A stretch of DNA of 64,000 nt from an uncultured Gammaproteobacteria bacterium (GTDB lineage Bacteria > Patescibacteriota > Microgenomatia > UBA10105 > UBA927), in NCBI GenBank assembly GCA_964527425.1, contig CAZGOA010000004.1, positions 35,691-99,690 on the forward strand, written 5' to 3'. A model generated the notes under the pieces. The model was not told where the DNA came from. It did not search any database and saw nothing but the letters and a program-made list of their open reading frames with translations. The position numbers were made by a program, and so were the translations under genes. Shown piece by piece: positions 57,821 through 64,000 of the stretch; positions within the stretch are counted from its first letter, which is position 1; every line of letters begins with the position of its first letter.

Positions 57821-60169
57821 ATGAACATCCCTTTCACCGATATTATCTATCAGATTCAAGTTTTCTTCGTTGCGTTTTTGTTTATGACGCTCTCGTTGGC
57901 TGGATTAGTTGTATTAGCGTATATTCTTTTTCTGTTATGGAAATACCGAAACAGAGAGCATCATTCTTTAGAATATGTAACACTTCAAATTGCCGTACCC
58001 AGAGATAATGAAACAAAAATTGATGCGGCTGAACAATTATTTTCAAGTTTACATAGTATTCATCACGGAGGATTTTGGTCGTTTTTAAAACCTGCTGAGC
58101 ATATTTCTTTTGAAATAGTAGCAAAGCGGGAAGATATTCGGTTTTATGTATCTGTTCCGCATCATTTGATGGATTTAGTGGAAAAGCAAATTCATGGGGC
58201 TTATCCAGGAGCTGATATAAAAGAAGTTGAGGAATATACTATTTTTTCTGAACATGGCGAAGTAGCATTTGCAGCATTAATGCCAACAGGTGCGCCTTAC
58301 ATGCCGATTAGAATTTATAGAGATTTACCGGTAGATCCTTTATCGTCTCTCACCTCTGTGCTTGCAAAAATGCAAGAAGGCGAAGGAGCGGCAGTTCAAA
58401 TACTCCTTCAACCAACAGGGGAGAAATGGAGACACTTAGGACAATCATTTATTTCTGGTACTAAAAAAAATGAGGCAAATCCGGAAAAAGCGAGTTTTAA
58501 GGTGGATCATAAAACTCTTGAACAGGTTGAACAAAAAATAAGCAAGCCAGGGTTTAATGTTGTTGTTCGTATAGTAGTTTCTTCTCACAATCATGAAGAA
58601 GCTGAAGCACATCTACATAATATTGAGGCGTCATTTCATCAGTTTACTTCGGAACAAAATCATTTTGGAAAAGTAAGAACACCAATAAAATCTTTTTTCA
58701 TGAAAGATTTTATTTATCGATATTTTCCTATTTTTAATATTCCCTTTTTTAAGCAATATGGAGTGTTAAATAGTGATGAATTAGCAACGGTATTTCACAT
58801 GCCGAATAAGTCCATAGAAACAGCACATATTTATTGGTTAAATGCTAAAAGAGCTCCCGCCCCATCTCAAATACCCAACGAAGGATTATATATAGGTAAA
58901 TCAAAATATAGAGGAGTGGAGCGCCCAATTTTTATTGGAGAAGATGACCGCAGAAGACATACATATATTATTGGGAAAACAGGCACAGGAAAGTCACAGC
59001 TGCTTGAAGAAATGATTATTCAAGATATAGAAAACGGAAAAGGAGTAGGAGTAGTGGATCCACATGGTGAACTTATTATGGCGGTATTAAAAAGAATACC
59101 ACCATCAAGAGCAGAAGACGTGATTTATTTTGATCCTGCAGATATTGAGAGACCGTTAGGACTTAATATGCTTGAAGCCTCTACTGAAGAACAAAAACAT
59201 TTTGTCGTGACATCAATTGTAGGTTTAATGTACAAACTCTATGATCCGATGAAAACCGGTATTATTGGACCGCGGTTTGAGCATGCGATACGAAACGCTA
59301 TGTTAACGGTAATGAGTGAACCTGGAAACACATTTATCGAAGTTGTTCGTGTGTTAACTGATAGTGCTTTTGTACAAGAGTTATTACCTAAGGTACAAGA
59401 TCCGATTATTCGAAGATATTGGACAGATCAAATTGCGCAAACATCTGATTTTCATAAATCCGAAGTTCTTGATTATATTGTTTCAAAGTTTGGTAGATTT
59501 GTTACAAACAAGTTAATGCGAAATATTATTGGTCAATCTGAGTCATCTTTTAATTTTAGAAATGTAATGGATGAAGGGAAAATATTGCTTTGTAATTTAT
59601 CAAAAGGAACATTAGGTGAAGAAAACAGTAATTTTTTGGGGTTAATTTTGGTTCCTCGTATTTTACTCGCTGCGTTATCAAGACAAGATATGCCAGAGGA
59701 GAATAGAAGAGATTTTTATCTCTATGTTGATGAATTTCAAAACTTTGCAACGCCAGATTTTGCTCAAATACTCTCCGAAGCTAGAAAGTACCGTTTAAAT
59801 TTAACGGTTGCCAACCAGTTTATCGGTCAAATGGATGAAGAGGTGAAGAATGCAATTTTTGGTAATGTAGGTAGTGTTATTGCGTTCCGTGTGGGAGTAA
59901 CTGATGCAAATTATTTACAGCATGAATTTACGCCCACGTTTAATGAAATAGATCTAATAAATATAGACAAATATAACGCGTATGTAAAAACAATCGTCAA
60001 AAATGAACCTGTTAAACCATTTAGTATGGACTTAACTAAAAACATGGATGAGGTGAACGCAAAAAAGAATGTTCAAGTAGCAAAAGCAATAGTCCAATTA
60101 TCGCGACTAAAATATGGACGGTCTCGCGAGTTAGTTGAAGCAGAAGTGTCTCAGCGAGCAAGACTGTAA
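57821..60169 (+). CDS. VirD4/TraG/TraD-like coupling ATPase (paralog 2), with an N-terminal membrane-spanning helix and a roughly 330-aa N-terminal domain
   Basis: Walker A YIIGKTGTGKSQ then DPHGEL, and a Walker B-like YVDEFQNF. It is collinear with 4161..6359 along its full length. The membrane-spanning helix is VFFVAFLFMTLSLAGLVVLAYILFLLW. Confidence 0.7.
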   Translation: MNIPFTDIIYQIQVFFVAFLFMTLSLAGLVVLAYILFLLWKYRNREHHSLEYVTLQIAVPRDNETKIDAAEQLFSSLHSIHHGGFWSFLKPAEHISFEIVAKREDIRFYVSVPHHLMDLVEKQIHGAYPGADIKEVEEYTIFSEHGEVAFAALMPTGAPYMPIRIYRDLPVDPLSSLTSVLAKMQEGEGAAVQILLQPTGEKWRHLGQSFISGTKKNEANPEKASFKVDHKTLEQVEQKISKPGFNVVVRIVVSSHNHEEAEAHLHNIEASFHQFTSEQNHFGKVRTPIKSFFMKDFIYRYFPIFNIPFFKQYGVLNSDELATVFHMPNKSIETAHIYWLNAKRAPAPSQIPNEGLYIGKSKYRGVERPIFIGEDDRRRHTYIIGKTGTGKSQLLEEMIIQDIENGKGVGVVDPHGELIMAVLKRIPPSRAEDVIYFDPADIERPLGLNMLEASTEEQKHFVVTSIVGLMYKLYDPMKTGIIGPRFEHAIRNAMLTVMSEPGNTFIEVVRVLTDSAFVQELLPKVQDPIIRRYWTDQIAQTSDFHKSEVLDYIVSKFGRFVTNKLMRNIIGQSESSFNFRNVMDEGKILLCNLSKGTLGEENSNFLGLILVPRILLAALSRQDMPEENRRDFYLYVDEFQNFATPDFAQILSEARKYRLNLTVANQFIGQMDEEVKNAIFGNVGSVIAFRVGVTDANYLQHEFTPTFNEIDLINIDKYNAYVKTIVKNEPVKPFSMDLTKNMDEVNAKKNVQVAKAIVQLSRLKYGRSRELVEAEVSQRARL

Positions 60170-60201
60170 AGACGATGATATAATCCTTCCATTCAATATT
60201 T

Positions 60202-60274
60202 GCGCTGGTAGCTCAGCGGTAGTAGCACCACTCTTATAAAGTGGGGGTCGATGGTTCGAATCCATCCCAGCGCA
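60202..60274 (+). tRNA. tRNA with a UAU anticodon (putative tRNA-Ile reading AUA)
   Basis: Folded by hand into a cloverleaf: acceptor GCGCUGG/CCAGCGC, anticodon stem CCACU/AGUGG, loop CUUAUAA giving anticodon UAU, T-arm GAUGG-UUCGAAU-CCAUC, 73 nt. Confidence 0.7.
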
Positions 60275-60308
60275 CACTATTTCAACTATTTACTGGTATG
60301 CTGTAAGT

Positions 60309-60842
60309 ATGGAAGAACTTGTTGTATTAGTAGATGAACAAAATAATGTACAAGGCACAGCTCCAAAAGCTACTGTACACACAACCACGACACCTCTTCA
60401 CAGAGGTTTTTCTGTTTTTTTATTTAATGAAAAAAAAGAATTTTATGTAACCAGGCGGTCTTTAGTAAAAAAAACTTTTCCTGGAGTATGGACAAATTCT
60501 TATTGTGGGCACCCTGCAATTTCTGAAACAGCTGAAGAAGCAGCAAAACGACGAGCACAGGACGAATTAGGTATTTCTTCTATTGAGATTCATAAGGTAT
60601 TACCTTATCGGTATCGGTATGCAGACCAGGGTGGCATTGTTGAAAACGAAATATGTCCTATTATTATTGCAACTACAAACCAGCAACCTATTATTAATCC
60701 AAATGAAGTTGAAGAAGCATTCTGGACTCCCTGGCAAACTTTTTATAAAGATATACAGCAGACTCCTCAAAAATACTCTCCATGGAGTAAAGATGAAGCA
60801 GAGATAGTTTCAAAGGAAGTGCAGACATTATGGTCGATATAA
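60309..60842 (+). CDS. idi: Isopentenyl-diphosphate delta-isomerase, type 1 (Nudix fold)
   Basis: HRGFSVFLFNEKKEFYVTRRSLVKKTFPGVWTNSYCGHP is the catalytic Cys/Glu arrangement of type 1 IDI. Confidence 0.75.
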   Translation: MEELVVLVDEQNNVQGTAPKATVHTTTTPLHRGFSVFLFNEKKEFYVTRRSLVKKTFPGVWTNSYCGHPAISETAEEAAKRRAQDELGISSIEIHKVLPYRYRYADQGGIVENEICPIIIATTNQQPIINPNEVEEAFWTPWQTFYKDIQQTPQKYSPWSKDEAEIVSKEVQTLWSI

Positions 60843-61501
60843 AAAGAATTTTTGAAGTATCTGATTTTAATTTTCCCTATACAGATTTGCATTTTCCCGG
60901 GATGAATACAGGTGAAAAAATTCTTTTCGCAACGCGAGAATCAATAATTATTTTATGGATTAGACGGATTGTTTTAGCGGTAGTAATACTCACATTATTA
61001 CTATTAAGTGTATTATTGCTTCAGTTTTTAGAAAGATTATTGATTTCAATATGGTTTATTTATCCGCTTTTAATCGTGACAGTAATTAGTGCAGCGATAG
61101 GTGGATATTGGTGGATAGGGCAGACGTATCGAAAATCTATTTTTATAATAACTACACGACGCTTAACGAAAATTATATACACAACACCATTTACCTGGTA
61201 TCAGTTTTCATTAGGCTTAGATGAAATTGCGGATACTGGATCATATTCTTCAAGTTATTTTGAAGCGTTACTACATTTAGGGTATTTTGTTGCACGTTCT
61301 GGTGCTGCAGCAATTAAGAATTTTAAAATAATCAATATTACGTTTGCAGCTGATCTTCATAATTATGTGAATAAGCTATTGTATGTATTTAAACATACCC
61401 CTGAAAAAGTTAATGAATTCCGTCCGTTTATTCCACATTTAAAAGGAGAAAAGAGAAAGAAATTTTTAGAAGCCTACCCTCATTACAAAACAGAGTTTTA
61501 A
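60830..61501 (+). CDS. Hypothetical membrane protein (2-3 membrane-spanning helices)
   Basis: ORF with helices IVLAVVILTLLLLSVLLLQFL and LLISIWFIYPLLIVTVISAAIGGYWWI. Confidence 0.4.
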   Translation: MVDIKRIFEVSDFNFPYTDLHFPGMNTGEKILFATRESIIILWIRRIVLAVVILTLLLLSVLLLQFLERLLISIWFIYPLLIVTVISAAIGGYWWIGQTYRKSIFIITTRRLTKIIYTTPFTWYQFSLGLDEIADTGSYSSSYFEALLHLGYFVARSGAAAIKNFKIINITFAADLHNYVNKLLYVFKHTPEKVNEFRPFIPHLKGEKRKKFLEAYPHYKTEF

Positions 61502-62367
61502 AGCTCTTCCAGTTTTACAGAATCAATTTGTTTATCTTTTATTAGATCCATGTATTTTTCTGTAGTTGAAAGTCTTTTGTGACCTACAAGCTTAGAAAGT
61601 GTAGTGATTGGTGTTCCTGCCATTAAATGATGAGCGATAAATGTATGTCGTAAATCATTTACTTTAGCGCCTTCAATTCCAGCGGCTCTAAAATATCGGT
61701 CAATAGAAGTTCTAATGTTTCTGATTAACAGTGCTTTTCCTGATTTTGTGATAAAAAGTGGAGCGTTTGCTTCTTTTGGACCTGTACGGATATCTAAATA
61801 TCTATTCAATGCTTCTTTTGCTGCTTTGTTGAGAGGTACTGTTCTTTCAGCATGACCTTCTTGAGCTGCAATATGAAGGGTATTTTCTCCAATATCTGAT
61901 AATGATAAATTAGTAAGTTCACCTATTCTGATGCCTGTTTGAAGGAATAACTCTACAATTGAATATGTTCTAATATCTGCTCTGCAGGCATCTCTCAATG
62001 CTCTATATTCTATTTTTGAGAGGACTCTGGGAGGTTTTACTTCATATTTAGGATGTTCAATATCTGCTGCTGGATCATTTACCACGATACCTTGGTTTTT
62101 CATGAATCTAAAATAGGTTTTGATTGAGTTAATTTTTCGGGAAATTGATTTTGCTGTATATCCGTCTGCGGAAAGTTTGCTTAAAAAGCCTTCAATATCT
62201 TCTTTTGCAATTTCTGTTATTGCTTTTTTGCCAATATGCGTCATGAAGATAGTTAGTTGTTCAATATCTTTTTTATAGGCGATAATAGTAGCACGTGCAC
62301 GTTTTTTACTGAGTAAAAATTCGTGAAAAGAATTTAGATTTGCGTTAAGATCAAGTGATGGTTCCAT
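61498..62367 (-). CDS. xerC: Tyrosine recombinase, XerC/XerD-like site-specific integrase
   Basis: N-terminal SAM-like domain (ARATIIAYKKDIEQL), catalytic R...H..R...Y region (LRHTFIAHHL...GHKRLSTTEKYMDL), at 289 aa. Confidence 0.7.
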   Translation of the reverse strand: MEPSLDLNANLNSFHEFLLSKKRARATIIAYKKDIEQLTIFMTHIGKKAITEIAKEDIEGFLSKLSADGYTAKSISRKINSIKTYFRFMKNQGIVVNDPAADIEHPKYEVKPPRVLSKIEYRALRDACRADIRTYSIVELFLQTGIRIGELTNLSLSDIGENTLHIAAQEGHAERTVPLNKAAKEALNRYLDIRTGPKEANAPLFITKSGKALLIRNIRTSIDRYFRAAGIEGAKVNDLRHTFIAHHLMAGTPITTLSKLVGHKRLSTTEKYMDLIKDKQIDSVKLEEL

Positions 62368-62456
62368 ATTAGTAAATAATAATTATAGTAAAAATGATAA
62401 AGGCAGGAAAACAATAATTATAGGTCAAAACTAGCGTATAATATCACACTTATTTT

Positions 62457-62849
62457 ATGCACACAAGTATGCAACAGCCTCAAAAACCAAAATACCTTGT
62501 AATACTACATATTGGGATTGTTTTATTTGGTCTTTTTCTTCTTTTTAACTTCAGTTATTCTATTTATTCTTTATGGAGACGAGGCGACATTGTATCAGAG
62601 CGTGAAGAGTATTTGAGAAGATTAGAGAAAGAACAAGATGAACTCAAAACTGAACTTTCGTATACTATGAGACCTGAATTTATAGAGGAAGAAGCAAGAA
62701 ATAAGCTAAATCTAGTTCGTCCAGGAGAGACACTTGTTGTATTGTCGGAACGTGAATCGAGTGAAAGTGCAAATATGAGTATTAATAAAGAAAGTATGCC
62801 TGAAAAAAGAGTTTTATCTGAGTGGTTTCAGTTGTTTGTTGGAGATTAA
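62457..62849 (+). CDS. ftsB: Septum formation initiator (FtsB/DivIC-like) protein
   Basis: N-terminal membrane-spanning helix, coiled coil (EREEYLRRLEKEQDELKTEL) and a C-terminal IEEEARNKLNLVRPGETLVV block, matching the family pattern. Confidence 0.6.
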   Translation: MHTSMQQPQKPKYLVILHIGIVLFGLFLLFNFSYSIYSLWRRGDIVSEREEYLRRLEKEQDELKTELSYTMRPEFIEEEARNKLNLVRPGETLVVLSERESSESANMSINKESMPEKRVLSEWFQLFVGD

Positions 62850-62853
62850 CGTG

Positions 62854-62926
62854 TGCCAGCGACAGGATTCGAACCTGTGACCTATGCCTTATGAAGACAC
62901 CGCTACTACCGCTGAGCTACGCTGGC
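62854..62926 (-). tRNA. tRNA-Met (CAU anticodon; elongator-like)
   Basis: The reverse complement folds as acceptor GCCAGCG/CGCUGGC, anticodon loop UUCAUAA giving anticodon CAU, and a T-arm ACAGG-UUCGAAU-CCUGU. The GGUCACAGGUUCGAAUCC.GUCG segment resembles E. coli elongator tRNA-Met. A tRNA-Ile(LAU) identity cannot be excluded from sequence alone. Confidence 0.7.
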
Positions 62927-63048
62927 ATCGAGTATCCATTGTACGGAAAACAGCTTGAAAAGGCAAGAAAAACCCATAATTCAGGTGATTATAATTGCGG
63001 GATCTGATCCTCTTTTCTAAAGGTATGGTGGTTTAATTAGTCAAAAGA

Positions 63049-63082
63049 AATAAAAAAACCTTCGTAATGAAGGTTTTTTTAT
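63049..63082. terminator. Bidirectional rho-independent terminator
   Basis: AAAAAAACCTTCG-TAAT-GAAGGTTTTTTT: an 8-bp GC-containing stem flanked by A- and T-runs. Confidence 0.7.
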
Positions 63083-63167
63083 GTGTTGCGGGGATTGGAA
63101 GAAATCAGAACCTATTTTTTGACCGTAAATGAGAAATATTACCTTATAGGTTCGTAAATAGAAGTAA

Positions 63168-63437
63168 TTACTTTTTGTAGACTTCGTCATGTGTTCCTAT
63201 GAGGAAAAAAACTGTTTCATCATCGTGTGTAAAGTAGAGCATACGGATGTTGCGTTCGATTGAAATACTCCAACTATTTGATAAGTTGCCTTGCAGTTTC
63301 TGTGTTCGGAGTGATGGGTGTTTGGGATTTTCTTTGAAAAGCGTGAGTTGCTTATGAATTTTTTTATAGAGAAGTGGTTCTCGTGTTTTTAATCGTTTCA
63401 GTTCACGTGTAGTTTCAATGGAAAAGGATATATTCAT
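63168..63437 (-). CDS. RelE/ParE-family type II toxin
   Basis: 89 aa. The C-terminal segment RMLYFTHDDETVFFLIGTHDEVYKK resembles the pattern of the RelE/ParE family. It sits directly downstream of a small partner gene. Confidence 0.55.
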   Translation of the reverse strand: MNISFSIETTRELKRLKTREPLLYKKIHKQLTLFKENPKHPSLRTQKLQGNLSNSWSISIERNIRMLYFTHDDETVFFLIGTHDEVYKK

Positions 63438-63442
63438 GTGTA

Positions 63443-63703
63443 TTAGAGTTCATCAAAGAATGTATCCAAGTCGTCAACCTTGATTATTTTACTAGTTTTT
63501 TCATCTTCTTTCGCTTTCTTATATGCTTCTTCTGTTTTTGCAGAAACTTGATAAACAGGATGTTCCATATCAGTTACGTCTTTAAGAATTAAATGCTTCA
63601 CATAACCTGCAAGAGGCATACCAAACCGGCTGGCTTTGCTTTCTAGGTATTCTTTAAGTTCAAGAGGAAGATTGAGTTTTATCTGTGCTTGTTGAGTGAG
63701 CAT
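63443..63703 (-). CDS. Putative type II antitoxin (partner of the RelE-like toxin)
   Basis: 86-aa acidic protein lying 5 nt upstream of the toxin gene on the same strand. Assigned from operon architecture only. Confidence 0.45.
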   Translation of the reverse strand: MLTQQAQIKLNLPLELKEYLESKASRFGMPLAGYVKHLILKDVTDMEHPVYQVSAKTEEAYKKAKEDEKTSKIIKVDDLDTFFDEL

Positions 63704-64000
63704 AATGACGCTATATTACCACTAATCCAAGGACTTTTCAAGGACTTATTGCGGTGTTTAGCTTTGCTTGAGGTTAGATTGGTTTGATGGTCTATAGTGC
63801 AGGTTGTTGCAGGGGAGTCCAAGAAATTAGAACTTATTTACTGTCACACTACCAGCAAGTAGATGATTGTTTTTTCCTGAATTTTACGGTCGGAGGTGCC
63901 TGATCATTCTCATAGAAGGTATGATTTTTCCATTTTTTAACTTTTTTGCAGGGATTTGGTCGTCAGTTAAACGAAATCCGTGTTTTTCATAAAACTTTAT

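Overview
This is a gene-dense, low-GC bacterial chromosome segment whose gene content, inferred only from the sequence, resembles a Candidate Phyla Radiation (Patescibacteria)-type genome: many short housekeeping genes, a purine-salvage block, a type IV secretion (T4SS)-like gene set and cobalamin-dependent enzymes. From start to end the window holds: a very large minus-strand hypothetical ORF (>916 aa) that runs off the 5' edge; nadE and nadD co-directional with a VirD4/TraG-like ATPase; a divergent T4SS-like block (a VirB3/PrgI-like membrane protein, VirB4 encoded as two overlapping ORFs, an M23-peptidase membrane protein and a secreted protein); the replication origin region (dnaN, dnaA, and DnaA-box clusters both between the two genes and upstream of dnaA); rplY; an envelope-polysaccharide cluster (DUF4012 protein, Wzx-like flippase, O-antigen-ligase-like protein); the jag-yidC-yidD-rnpA-rpmH block; a VanW-family protein; an orphan sugar-binding protein carrying a proline-rich tandem repeat; groES/groEL; valS, tsaD and a purine interconversion block (guaB, purB, purA, a guaC-like gene, add, guaA, phosphoribosyltransferases); an MFS transporter and an HD hydrolase; and the B12 cluster (nrdR, class II ribonucleotide reductase nrdJ, PduO-type adenosyltransferase). 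The most notable element is a cobalamin riboswitch in the 165-bp intergenic region after the PduO gene. Its expression platform is a terminator hairpin that also sequesters the ribosome-binding site. It fronts an uncharacterized operon: a cysteine-rich 439-449-aa protein, a 147-aa protein and a second VirD4-like coupling-ATPase paralog. Beyond this lie a tRNA with a UAU anticodon (putative tRNA-Ile), idi, a Xer-like tyrosine recombinase, an FtsB-like protein, a tRNA-Met(CAU) and a RelE/antitoxin pair. No CRISPR array or rRNA was seen. The genetic code appears standard, because long conserved genes are intact without reassigning a stop codon.
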